This document shows positions 8,301 through 15,750 of a stretch of DNA of 32,000 nt, piece by piece (the stretch's first letter is position 1; each line of letters opens with the position of its first letter). Source of the DNA: Haloquadratum walsbyi C23 (GTDB lineage Archaea > Halobacteriota > Halobacteria > Halobacteriales > Haloferacaceae). The position numbers and the translations under genes are program-made. The stretch lies in the NCBI RefSeq assembly GCF_000237865.1, contig NC_017459.1, forward strand, positions 870,001 through 902,000. Direction: 5' to 3'. The notes under the pieces were generated by a model. The model did not search any database. It was not told the DNA's origin and saw nothing but the letters and a program-made list of their open reading frames with translations.

Positions 8301-8803
8301 TGATTGTCCATGGCGAGGGGACAGACAGCATCAGTGAATACTTAACCGATATTATCAATGATTTCGAATCTGGCAATGTTCCGCTTGAAGATATTGGTAT
8401 CCCTGGTGGGATTGGTAAACGTTTAGAATCATATGACACAGCAACTGCACAAGTACGTGGGGCAAAGTATGCGAATGAATTCTTGGGCACAAACTTCGGC
8501 CGAGGGTCAAAACCAAAGCGTGTGTATCTTCGAAAGGTTCACCCATCATGGTTCCGTGAGATGGAGACTGACAGTAAATTCGACCCGCAGCGTCATGGTC
8601 TCTATCGTGAGTTTAAACGTGATCCTGATGTCATTTGCTTTGAGTATGAAGATCAAATCCCTGATGCGTTTGCCGTTGACTGGGATCTTATGCTTGAAAA
8701 GACACTGAAGGGACCTATCGAACGAATCATTGAGGCCCTCGGTATGTCATGGAATGAAATAAAATCTGGACAGGAACAAACCGGTCTTGGCAACTTTATT
8801 TGA
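2375..8803 (+). CDS. polB: family-B DNA polymerase (PolB) precursor containing three inteins; about 919 aa of extein
   Basis: Extein motifs: Exo I FDIEV; Exo II region TGWN/CDDFDVPYF (interrupted); motif A DLKSLYP; motif B KVIMN/SLYG (interrupted); motif C YGD/TDS (interrupted). The start is ambiguous: ATG 2375 or ATG 2414, and 2414 lies 24-31 nt downstream of a TATA-like GTTTTTAG (2383-2390). Confidence 0.95.
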   Translation: MPKFLANSAKTIDMKQAGLSDNWSDAADSGAGTSNARPDAEALAVAGKDTQHVSAIVDADEVRFPDADGSVELLVTQVNYSVERAGHEEYPVVHIFGRTADDTAHHVRVLGFEPYFYAPTESLNDDLLDNDAITRTESGYESIRGEELTKICTRTPRDVGQIRDDFDHYEADILFPNRLLIDKDIKSGIRVPARRLADKPQTIQIPHTEIEPVDVEANLRVNTFDIEVDDRSGFPEDGEEPIVCLTSHDSERDEYITWLYNAPNAAEDTDPPDSLDRDDAIRSDTTADVRTFNREDAMLDAFVSYIEQTDPDILTGWNCLPSDARIQMADGTETEIHAVEIGDNVIGTTDQRSVTATVTNKWKSEREIYEFSLADGTSLRSSGDHRIMISDSNTVGWKSGSDIEQGEYVLKPRQLPVDDPTIPIINNLLSSESANIIDTLEVDALDSTGRSMNIHSSNPRESIAHTATLSMADGGDQKQRNETTNNTLDLNRTVTKQDLYAIGRVLHNRITPRQDGITPVSQATLIDDSVLSSPSPANTQHQSDSILTEVISSLRGLVSPGAHAIDFSAIYEMPKSHIAQFLAGTLDGSETDETTSSNLTITTESASIARWYARLYRRLGIYAQHQADAVHIANNACDLQRLSDAILPRLRCSDTIDYVKTQIDTVCDSSLKHSQASSIGLSRDEANIRQFSDDGPQNKSYAAQPDSSDYDDDWNAYVFVEIEAITLNGTETTYDIETTTHNFVADDCLVHNCDDFDVPYFLDRMEVINPQSEYTLTSERFSRIDEVWRSGWGGPNIKGRVVFDLLYAYKRTQFTELESYRLDAVGELELDVGKERYPGDIGDLWEQDPQQLLEYNLRDVELCVEIDRKQDIIAFWDEVRSFVGCKLEDATTPGDTVDIYILHEAHDRFALPSKGRTDAEDYEGGAVFDPATGVKEMVGVLDLKSLYPMAMTTINASPETKVDPKNYDGDTFRAPNGTHFRRSPDGIIREMIDDLLAEREEKKSLRNEYDPGESVYEQYDRQQTAVKVIMNCFTPDTNVLTPNGVRNIRDLTVGDSVYSLNPETMQMEIKPVTQTHEYPDYQGDLIDIQTNEIDFRVTPNHRMLVEATGTDTTSTNDYDFIEAGNLDIASRYELPHGWSVDHTDSLGAYIDLIALLREQSDTYNVLSDGGMTTAATADINHNNVTRRVDSDTFVSLIGWYVATGRVSRTENGSDRVYLQLSQTNAKARTQLTMLLDELGVDWQADNEKIHFVSHVWTELFDTTCGRTEKNKHIPEFIFDASASQKRAFFDAIINGSGVKNDDSYQYHTSSEDLRDDILRLCVHIGIVARYDYINDESWRIECTETANPEFTLTHSGRQSTAEDGVYCVTVADNQTLLAGRNGTFQWTGNSLYGVLGWDRFRLYDKEMGAAVTATGRDVIEHTADAASDLDKSVIYGDSVTGDRPVVVRDPSDYIQIVPIKLLFEQATAPEQNIRLTADGAPSGNSEFPKERRHLDQWEALSLSDTGETEWQPIDQIIRHQTDKEILTLQHEYGESTTTRDHSYITADDGGYVETSPENVDEPLPIPNIAPVKTVETIDIYQTLTTDTQAQIGSDTEPDKWLPSADCIHANDEYVWIDTTDKQQHRDDSIPTIPRYIDLSSDTGHALIRFLAVYLSDWSESTITTTERGRCLHITGPQESALKTCAADADQLFTHITPSITVDAESNTNTVDSGFTCHIPTTLATALISAFAGHPAHTKQIPSIVYHLPAAEQSLFIRHLIQAESTPESDGVSGRPQKSNKPILLENEFITTNRELAAGVSMLLTQCGQSYTISKQDTKGAYTIHINNSSPSGCTPTLTETTHSGYVYDLSVATNQNFVDGLGGLVLHNTDSVMLELGDDITEQEAIEQSFEVEEYINDSYDEFAREELDAVRHRFEIEFEKLYRRFFQAGKKKRYAGHIVWKEGKDVDDIDITGFEYKRSDIAPITKEVQRRVIEMIVHGEGTDSISEYLTDIINDFESGNVPLEDIGIPGGIGKRLESYDTATAQVRGAKYANEFLGTNFGRGSKPKRVYLRKVHPSWFREMETDSKFDPQRHGLYREFKRDPDVICFEYEDQIPDAFAVDWDLMLEKTLKGPIERIIEALGMSWNEIKSGQEQTGLGNFI
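3329..4630 (+). mobile_element. PolB intein 1 (434 aa, aa 319-752) inserted in the Exo II motif region
   Basis: It starts CLPSDARIQMADG right after TGWN, has block-B-like SSGDHRIM, and ends HNFVADDCLVHN followed by +1 Cys (CDDFDVPYF). The junctions are in frame with the gene start. Confidence 0.85.
5468..6541 (+). mobile_element. PolB intein 2 (358 aa, aa 1032-1389) in motif B (classical pol-b position)
   Basis: It starts CFTPDTNVLTPNG after KVIMN, has block B VTPNHRML, and carries LAGLIDADG-like LIGWYVATGRV and FFDAIINGSG. It ends FQWTGN followed by +1 Ser of SLYGVLG. Confidence 0.85.
6686..7978 (+). mobile_element. PolB intein 3 (431 aa, aa 1438-1868) in motif C (classical pol-c position)
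   Basis: It starts SVTGDRPVVV after IYGD, has block B TTRDHSY, and carries LAGLIDADG-like FLAVYLSDWSES and FIRHLIQAES. It ends GGLVLHN followed by +1 Thr of TDSV. Confidence 0.85.
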
Positions 8804-8917
8804 ATATCATTCATTCCGTGGTAATTTCAGGAATTATACTGTCTGATGCTCATTGGACATTCTACATAAAATGTACTCGGATATGATATATGAGTGCATC
8901 AAGACGCATACAACACA

Positions 8918-8934
8918 AATCGATATTATCGATT
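8918..8934. promoter_or_regulatory. perfect 17-bp palindrome AATCGATA-T-TATCGATT in the polB-sufC spacer; candidate protein-binding site
   Basis: Read directly: 8+1+8 perfect dyad symmetry in an AT-rich 370-bp intergenic region. Confidence 0.3.
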
Positions 8935-9084
8935 ATCTAGTACATAAAAAGGCGTGATTTTATTGAATTTCACAGATTAACACGCCAGCCTCTCAAAAGC
9001 GAGTATATATCGGTATGATCATCGAAAGTATAATTCAATATTCGCATCTATATTATCCGGGGTTTTGGTGTTATACAAATAATT

Positions 9085-9099
9085 TTTCTCTCAGAGAAA
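9085..9099. promoter_or_regulatory. perfect 15-bp palindrome TTTCTCT-C-AGAGAAA just downstream of a TATA-like TTATACAAAT (9071-9080), upstream of sufC; candidate operator
   Basis: Read directly. It lies 74-88 nt upstream of the sufC ATG, with GGAGG at 9155-9159 as a possible SD. Confidence 0.3.
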
Positions 9100-9172
9100 T
9101 TGTGCACTGGTAAATCCGTAACCATTATGGGTGACACGCGTCATCGTTAGAGTAGGAGGTAACGACATCAAA

Positions 9173-10114
9173 ATGGCAACACTGGAAATTAATAACCTAC
9201 AAGCACGTGTCGCAGAAGAGAATGGTGAACAAATCCTTCGAGGCGTTGATCTTCAAGTCAACTCTGGCGAGATACACGCATTAATGGGGCCGAACGGCTC
9301 CGGAAAATCAACAGCAGCGAAAGTCATCGCCGGTCATCCATCATATGAAGTAACCGGTGGTGAAGTGCTGTTACAACTTGAAGAAAATGAGTTTGGAGAG
9401 GACATTGAAATAGGTGATGAGGATCGAACATGGAATCTCCTTGATCTCGAACCGAACGAACGGGCTGCACTTGGTATCTTCCTTGGTTTCCAGTACCCAG
9501 TCGAAATTGAGGGCGTCACGATGACGAACTTCCTCCGGACAGCGTTGAATGCCAAGCTCGATGAGCGCGAAGAGCTCTTTGAGGAAGACGAAGACGAAGC
9601 CAAGGACGAGGCTGAAGAAGAAAAAGAACTCGATGCCGATGATGCGGCAGGATATGAGAGTTCACCAATGGAGGGTCCGACTGACGATGGCGAAATTGGC
9701 GTTGCTGAATTCCAACAGCTCCTCAATGAAAAAATGGAGCTTCTCGATATGGATGAGAAGTTTATGCAGCGATATCTTAATGCTGGCTTCTCTGGTGGTG
9801 AGAAAAAGCAGAATGAAGTTCTTCAAGCAGCAATTCTTGAACCTGCTGTTGCAGTGCTTGACGAGATCGATTCTGGACTTGATATTGATCGACTCCAGGA
9901 TGTCTCCTCGGGAATTAATGCACTTCGCGATGAGCAAGGTACAGGAATTCTCCAGATTACGCATTATCAACGAATTCTCGATTATGTTGAGCCCGATCAC
10001 GTTCACATCATGCTTGACGGAAAAATTGCAAAAAGTGGCGATGCGTCACTTGCACAACAACTCGAAGATGATGGGTATGATTGGGTCCGGAAAGAAGTTT
10101 ATGAGACAGCATAA
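9173..10114 (+). CDS. sufC: Fe-S cluster assembly ATPase SufC, with an acidic insertion of roughly 60 aa
   Basis: Walker A GPNGSGKST, ABC signature FSGGEKK, Walker B AVLDEIDSGLD, H-loop ITHY. The start is moved from GTG 9131 to ATG 9173, which is preceded by GGAGG. The acidic insert is EEDEDEAKDEAEEEKELDADDAAGYESS. Confidence 0.9.
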   Translation: MATLEINNLQARVAEENGEQILRGVDLQVNSGEIHALMGPNGSGKSTAAKVIAGHPSYEVTGGEVLLQLEENEFGEDIEIGDEDRTWNLLDLEPNERAALGIFLGFQYPVEIEGVTMTNFLRTALNAKLDEREELFEEDEDEAKDEAEEEKELDADDAAGYESSPMEGPTDDGEIGVAEFQQLLNEKMELLDMDEKFMQRYLNAGFSGGEKKQNEVLQAAILEPAVAVLDEIDSGLDIDRLQDVSSGINALRDEQGTGILQITHYQRILDYVEPDHVHIMLDGKIAKSGDASLAQQLEDDGYDWVRKEVYETA

Positions 10115-10183
10115 AACCGATCAGACGATGCGAATGCCGAGCGATATCAACACTAATACCGATGCAGCACTTGACATATAACA

Positions 10184-11614
10184 ATGAGTTCTGAACAAGA
10201 TCACTTACAAGATACTGACACCGAAGCACGATTTGACTTTAAGAAAGAGGAATCCTCAGCGTTCAAAACTGAAAAAGGACTTACCGAAGAGACGATCCGA
10301 CTGATCTCTGAGGATAAAGACGAACCTGAATGGATGCTCCAGCGCCGACTCCGTGCGCTTGAGCAATTCAACGCGATGCCAATGCCGACAAGTTGGCCGG
10401 AAGCACCTGATCTGAGCGAGGTTGATGTCGAAGAAATCGTCCCATACATCCGACCAGACGTTGACGTTCGCGCTGGTGTTGATGATTGGACGGAACTTCC
10501 TGATGATATTAAGGATACTTTCGACAAGCTCGGGATTCCAGAAGCTGAGAAAAATGCACTCTCAGGTGTTGGTGCACAGTATGAGTCCGAGGTTGTCTAT
10601 CAAAATATGCAAGAACAGTGGGAAGAAAAAGGCGTCATCTTCTGCGATATGGATGAGGCTGTTCGAGAGCATCCTGAGAAGCTCAAAGAACATTTCATGA
10701 CCAAGGCTGTTCCACCAAGCGATAATAAGTTCGCTGCGCTTCACGGCGCTGTTTGGTCTGGTGGATCATTTGTCTACGTACCTGAGGACGTTACTGTTGA
10801 GATGCCTGTACAGGCATACTTCCGCATGAACTCCGAGGGTATGGGTCAGTTTGAGCACACACTTATTATTGCTGAAGATGGTGCAGAAGTCCACTACATC
10901 GAAGGTTGTTCAGCACCAAAATACTCTGCGTTCAATCTTCATGCTGGTGGTGTTGAGGTCTTCGTCGGCGAAGATGCTCACGTTCAATACTCTACTGTCC
11001 AGAATTGGTCAAAGAATACGTATAATCTCAATACGAAACGAGCAATCGTTGAGTCTGAAGGTCGGATGGAATGGATTTCCGGATCAATGGGATCAAAGGC
11101 AACGATGCTGTACCCGTCATCTGTGTTGAAGGGTCGTGGTGCATCTGATAACCATATTACGATTGCGTTTGCCGGTGACGGTCAGGATATTGATACTGGT
11201 GCGAAAGTCTATCACAACGCTCCTGAGACGAAGTCAACCATCGAGTCAAAGTCAATTTCGAAAGATGGTGGTCGAACGAACTACCGCGGACTTGTTCACA
11301 TTGCAGACGGCGCTGAGAACTCCTCAACAGCTGTTGAATGTGATGCACTGATGTTTGACAATGAGTCAACGTCTGACACGATGCCATATATGGAGATCAA
11401 TGAGTCATCTGTTGATGTTGCTCACGAAGCTACAGTTGGGAAGATTGGAGATGAGGATGTGTTCTATCTTCAATCCCGAGGTCTTGATGATGATGATGCA
11501 AAACAGATGATTGTCTCAGGTTTCATTGAGCCGATTACTGAAGAGCTCCCAATCGAGTATGCGGTCGAACTGAATCGACTCGTTGAACTTGAGATGGAAG
11601 GTAGTCTCGGGTAA
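10184..11614 (+). CDS. sufB: Fe-S cluster assembly scaffold protein SufB
   Basis: 476 aa, located directly after sufC. It has a SufB/SufD-family C-terminal beta-helix region (HEATVGKIGDEDVFYLQSRGL) and typical length and order. Confidence 0.9.
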   Translation: MSSEQDHLQDTDTEARFDFKKEESSAFKTEKGLTEETIRLISEDKDEPEWMLQRRLRALEQFNAMPMPTSWPEAPDLSEVDVEEIVPYIRPDVDVRAGVDDWTELPDDIKDTFDKLGIPEAEKNALSGVGAQYESEVVYQNMQEQWEEKGVIFCDMDEAVREHPEKLKEHFMTKAVPPSDNKFAALHGAVWSGGSFVYVPEDVTVEMPVQAYFRMNSEGMGQFEHTLIIAEDGAEVHYIEGCSAPKYSAFNLHAGGVEVFVGEDAHVQYSTVQNWSKNTYNLNTKRAIVESEGRMEWISGSMGSKATMLYPSSVLKGRGASDNHITIAFAGDGQDIDTGAKVYHNAPETKSTIESKSISKDGGRTNYRGLVHIADGAENSSTAVECDALMFDNESTSDTMPYMEINESSVDVAHEATVGKIGDEDVFYLQSRGLDDDDAKQMIVSGFIEPITEELPIEYAVELNRLVELEMEGSLG

Positions 11615-11616
11615 TA

Positions 11617-12831
11617 ATGAGTACACAACTCCCTGCGGATCTCTCTGCGGATACGGTTCGCGAAATTTCATCACGGCGAGATGAACCAGAATGGCTTCTT
11701 CAGACGCGGCTTGAAGCGCTGGAGTCACTCGAGAGTCTCGACCTTCCAGACGTCATCAAGACACCAGGGCGTCGTTGGACGGATCTAGAATCTCTCGACT
11801 TCGAAACACTGGTTGACCCGCTTAATCAAAGCGATGAAACCTCTCGTGTTACCGCCGAGGGAGTCAAAGTACTGCCATTTGCAGAAGCAGTTGACACACA
11901 CTCCGATGTTGTTGAATCTGCATTTGGATCAACAGTTGCATTCGATGAAAATTACCTGACAGCACTCTCGACGGCACTCTTCACCACGGGGACTGTCGTC
12001 TATGTCCCAGAGGGTGTCGATGCTGAGGACGTGAAGGTACGTGCGGAGATGAATTCACGGTCATTATTCAGCCACACCCTTGTCATCAGTGAGCCGTCCT
12101 CATCAGTAACGATTCTTGAGAGTATTGAACCCGGTTCAGCATCTGTTGATGTTGATTCGCGATACTTCTCAAACTTGGTTGAAATAGCTGCTGGAGAGAA
12201 CTCGTACGTACAGTATGGGTCATTGCAGACGCTTGAGGACAATACATACAGTTACACCCTCAAACGAGCAGATGTTAGCACATACGGGACGGTCAATTGG
12301 ATCGAAGGAAATCTCGGGTCTCGACTGACTCGTAGTGATGTCGAGTCCAATCTTAATGGGGATTCATCTGAATCTCAGATTGTTGGTGCATTCTTCGGTC
12401 ACGAAGACCAACACTTTGACGTCAATGCTCGGGTCTGGCATATGGCTGAACACACAACTGCAGACTTGGTGACTCGAGGTGTTCTTGACGATGAGGCGCG
12501 GTCGGTATATGAAGGTGTTCAAGATGTCGGTCGCGATGCGTGGAGTACAAGCTCATATCAGCGTGAAAACACACTGATGCTCTCAGACGAGAGCGAAGCA
12601 GATGCATCGCCAAAATTGATCATTAACAACCACGACACCGAGGCATCACACTCAGCGACTGTTGGACAGGTTAATGAAGAGGACCTATTCTACATGACTT
12701 CACGGGCAATCGATCCAGGTGTTGCCCGGGATATGCTTGTTGAGGGATTCTTTGTTCCTGTGCTTGAAGAGATTGCAGTCGACGAGTTCCGTGACGATCT
12801 TCAACAGTTGATTTCGGACCGGCTTGAGTAG
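11617..12831 (+). CDS. sufD: Fe-S cluster assembly protein SufD (SufB/SufD family)
   Basis: It starts 2 nt after the sufB stop. It is a paralog of SufB (ASHSATVGQVNEEDLFYMTSRAI) and lacks the SufB N-terminal features. Confidence 0.85.
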   Translation: MSTQLPADLSADTVREISSRRDEPEWLLQTRLEALESLESLDLPDVIKTPGRRWTDLESLDFETLVDPLNQSDETSRVTAEGVKVLPFAEAVDTHSDVVESAFGSTVAFDENYLTALSTALFTTGTVVYVPEGVDAEDVKVRAEMNSRSLFSHTLVISEPSSSVTILESIEPGSASVDVDSRYFSNLVEIAAGENSYVQYGSLQTLEDNTYSYTLKRADVSTYGTVNWIEGNLGSRLTRSDVESNLNGDSSESQIVGAFFGHEDQHFDVNARVWHMAEHTTADLVTRGVLDDEARSVYEGVQDVGRDAWSTSSYQRENTLMLSDESEADASPKLIINNHDTEASHSATVGQVNEEDLFYMTSRAIDPGVARDMLVEGFFVPVLEEIAVDEFRDDLQQLISDRLE

Positions 12832-12852
12832 CGCACATTAATTACGTCGCGG

Positions 12853-12858
12853 TTTTTT
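12853..12858 (+). terminator. oligo-T tract (T6) 22 nt after the sufD stop; plausible archaeal intrinsic terminator
   Basis: CGCGGTTTTTTATC, read directly. Archaeal termination at oligo-T tracts is established knowledge. Confidence 0.4.
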
Positions 12859-13088
12859 ATCATTATTTCGCTAATCTATCGCATGAGACCGTGTCGACTA
12901 ATAGACGCATAGAAGATTCCACATGGTGCAGTCACGCTCATTCCTGTATATCTATGACCGTGTCTACATCTATTTCAATAATAACTATATCACCGATTGT
13001 TGTTAATTGTGTCAACAACTGTTAAGGGATTAACCACCTATCTGGACAATATGATTCAGCGTAGAACTAATGTAATAAGCAATATAAC

Positions 13089-13634
13089 ATGGAGAGATCC
13101 GTGAGCGTTGGTCAACGCGTTGACTCCGACCGACAACTTGTGCGATTACTCCAGATTGGGATTGTTCTTGAGGAGGTCGTCGAAGCTCGGGCGACCAAAC
13201 ATCGTCAGTCGATTAATACTACCGCCGACACAACGGTACCAGATGATACGGCTCGCGGTAATACCGACAACGATGACAACCTGAATACATTACTTATTGA
13301 TGCTACAAAGGAGTCTGCGCGTCATCGAGACCAGCTTGAGAAATTAATTGATATGCTTGATGCTGAGAGTATTGCATTCGATACAGTTGAGACGCTCGTT
13401 GAAACGCAGTATGGACGAACGGAACTGGAGGACTTTGACGACGTGCTTTATGATCAACTCTGTAATGAAGAGACGGCGTACAAATTTTATGATGACCTGC
13501 TAACAGCGATCCAGGCTTCTGATGTTTCATTCAGCATCGACCGCGAGCGACTTCTTGATGTACTTAAGCGGCTCAAAGCTGAGGAAGCAGAGGGTGTTGA
13601 AGCTGTCACAAACCTCATGGAGCAACGCAAATGA
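13089..13634 (+). CDS. acidic helical protein, possibly a ferritin-like/rubrerythrin-like four-helix bundle; co-transcribed with the downstream regulator
   Basis: ATG-started ORF of 181 aa whose stop overlaps the next start (ATGA at 13631-13634). Helical segments carry E/H patterns (KESARHRDQLEKLI, NEETAYKFYDDLL, AEEAEGVEAV). The function call is weak. Confidence 0.55.
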   Translation: MERSVSVGQRVDSDRQLVRLLQIGIVLEEVVEARATKHRQSINTTADTTVPDDTARGNTDNDDNLNTLLIDATKESARHRDQLEKLIDMLDAESIAFDTVETLVETQYGRTELEDFDDVLYDQLCNEETAYKFYDDLLTAIQASDVSFSIDRERLLDVLKRLKAEEAEGVEAVTNLMEQRK

Positions 13635-14083
13635 ATACCGCAGACCAGTATGTTGAAGCAATCTACCTCGAACAACAAATCGAAAACGGACCAGTCTCGA
13701 CTGGGGTGCTTGCGGATCGACTCGATATTAGTCCGGCAAGCGCGAATGATATGATTGGAAAGCTTGAAACTCGTGGTCTTATTGATCATGAAAAATACAC
13801 TGGTGTTACACTCACCGATAAGGGAATTGCGCGTGCACGTGAGGCATTAGAAACATACTGTATTATTGAGCGGTTCCTCACGAATATCCTTGCTGTTGAG
13901 TCATTCCGAACAGAGGCAGATGAGCTAGAGCCAGTAATTGATGAACTTGTCGCTGAGCGACTTGACACGATCATCGATCGCCACCCTGACTGCCCCGATT
14001 GTTTCGATCCTGAGACTGACGCATGTTGTTATCTTGATATTGCAACTGAATTAAGCGATACAAACGAGCAACGTGCAGATTAA
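13631..14083 (+). CDS. DtxR/MntR/SirR-family metal-dependent transcriptional regulator with a Cys-rich C-terminal tail
   Basis: N-terminal wHTH (QYVEAIYLEQQ..STGVLADRLDISPASANDMIGKLETRGLI), a dimerisation helix (YCIIERFL) and the C-terminal tail HPDCPDCFDPETDACCY. Confidence 0.85.
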   Translation: MNTADQYVEAIYLEQQIENGPVSTGVLADRLDISPASANDMIGKLETRGLIDHEKYTGVTLTDKGIARAREALETYCIIERFLTNILAVESFRTEADELEPVIDELVAERLDTIIDRHPDCPDCFDPETDACCYLDIATELSDTNEQRAD

Positions 14084-14361
14084 ACCCCTCGATAGTATTT
14101 ACTTTCCAATCAACATATAGATCGGATTTTACTTTGCATTTTCACGCACCACTGTGCAGTATCCTCCTGATAATTTGAAAAGATATCAATGATCAACGCT
14201 CGTTGATTAGACACCGGCCTATCCTTTCGGTAACCTAATCATAGTTATATGATATATTTACAGTAAAGATCGGGTTGAACTCGTTCAGTGAATATAGAAA
14301 ACTCTGTTTTTGCGAATGGACTCGATGGTTTTTCATATGACCACATATATATTTCAACTGT

Positions 14362-14434
14362 AGTCCCGTGGTGTAGTGGCCAATCATAACGGCCTTTGGA
14401 GCCGTTGACGGCGGTTCGAATCCGCCCGGGACTA
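14362..14434 (+). tRNA. tRNA-Gln (anticodon UUG), no intron, CCA not encoded
   Basis: Hand-folded. Acceptor AGTCCCG/CGGGACT plus discriminator A. Anticodon stem ACGGC/GCCGT with loop CTTTGGA. T arm GGCGG-TTCGAAT-CCGCC. The D arm has AGTGGCCAA, typical of archaeal tRNA-Gln. Confidence 0.93.
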
Positions 14435-14961
14435 TCTCCTATTGATGATTGATGATCTATGTATTATAATCATCAGTATAATCTGTCTCAGGAGTATTAC
14501 GTTCAACCCCCTTCTGATTGAAAATCTGCTCTCTAATCAGGGGGTTTTCCCCGTTCACCTGGATGTGACTCAATATAGACGATAGATATCCGTCTTAATC
14601 ACTGTTGCTGCCCAGTTATTGTGTTTTCCATTCACAGCCTGCGGGAGGAGGTCTTTACCTCGTCGGGTAATTCCGAGGTTGTGGATGGAAAGCGCGTTAT
14701 AGAAACAGGAAGCCCAACCCTCAAGGAGCGACCGGTGCGAGTCGTGAGCGAGCAGGGTGGGGTTGTTCACAATACATCCAAAATACATCCTTGCAGTCTA
14801 TCATGTTTTATCTTATTGGTAGTGAGCAATCGGTGGTCTGACATGCAAACACGCGTTGGTGATTTTCAACTTTGTTGTCGCGCTGACTGATCTTTTTGAT
14901 ATCATGTGTATGAATTCAATAGTGCTTCTTGTCACGAGCAAGCATACAGAGGTGAATATAT

Positions 14962-15645
14962 TCAACCACCATTACCAGCGACCGCAGAACTTAGTCGTCG
15001 TGCACGAATTGCAAATGCAAGAAACATTGCAAGGAGCGTTAAACAGACAGCAGCTGTAGCGGCGACATCATGCGCAGGGATACTATGATCGCCGGTGCTT
15101 GCAAGTCTTGGTCCAAAATATGTGTGATGATAGTCTCCAATAATCGGCGTAAAATAGTCAACAAGATCATTGAACCCGAACCAACTGGTGGCGATGCCGA
15201 CAGCGGGAACACTGAATTCTGCATATCGATAAATCACAAACGCCTGTAGCCCCATTCCAAAGTGACTAATAAGTAGAAACCAGTAATACGGATTTTGACT
15301 GACAAGCGCATCATTAATAAAGATCTGAACAGCCACTACCCAGAATCCATATTTTAGATTCCCAATAAAGGCAAGTGCATGTATCCAATTCCGATTCCGC
15401 CCAAGTCGCCACGATAGGAGACTTCCGACCATGAGCATCGTCGCAAACGGACTGTCAGGCACAACAGGCCACATCGCCAACGGTGTATTCAATAGCTGAA
15501 ACCGATAATACCAGAATCCAAATATACTACCGGCAATGTTGATCATAATGACTACCCAAGAATATTGAAGTACAAACGTCTCGATCTGAGCTGGTAACGG
15601 TGAGAGATATACTGGAAGGTCATCCGCAACAGGAATTGAGGTCAT
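14962..15645 (-). CDS. polytopic membrane protein, probably DUF1405 family
   Basis: 227-aa ATG ORF with 5-6 hydrophobic helices. The motifs FGFWYYRFQL and WPVVPDSPFA match my recollection of DUF1405. Confidence 0.75.
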   Translation of the reverse strand: MTSIPVADDLPVYLSPLPAQIETFVLQYSWVVIMINIAGSIFGFWYYRFQLLNTPLAMWPVVPDSPFATMLMVGSLLSWRLGRNRNWIHALAFIGNLKYGFWVVAVQIFINDALVSQNPYYWFLLISHFGMGLQAFVIYRYAEFSVPAVGIATSWFGFNDLVDYFTPIIGDYHHTYFGPRLASTGDHSIPAHDVAATAAVCLTLLAMFLAFAIRARRLSSAVAGNGG

Positions 15646-15750
15646 TGACTTTTATCTGTCATATTACTGTAACAGTGAAAGTTCTAATATAATTGTACAT
15701 CATATATGTTCTTCAGTCATAATAAAATACAATACGATTTACAAGTCGTG

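Noticed and set aside
2445-8708. Numerous 60-165 aa alternative-frame and antisense ORFs inside polB
   Set aside because: They are fully embedded in a well-supported 2142-codon frame, and their compositions (Ile/Leu/Ser/Arg/Cys-rich) are atypical for this organism.
9131-9172. GTG 9131 as the sufC start (and similarly GTG 24258 for aCPSF1)
   Set aside because: The downstream ATGs (9173 and 24279) give N-termini typical of the families. For sufC, the ATG is preceded by GGAGG at an appropriate distance. The upstream extensions look non-conserved and basic.
14445-14460. Two adjacent UGAUGA boxes after the tRNA as a C/D-box sRNA
   Set aside because: The boxes are only 1 nt apart, and there is no CUGA D or D' box at the right spacing.
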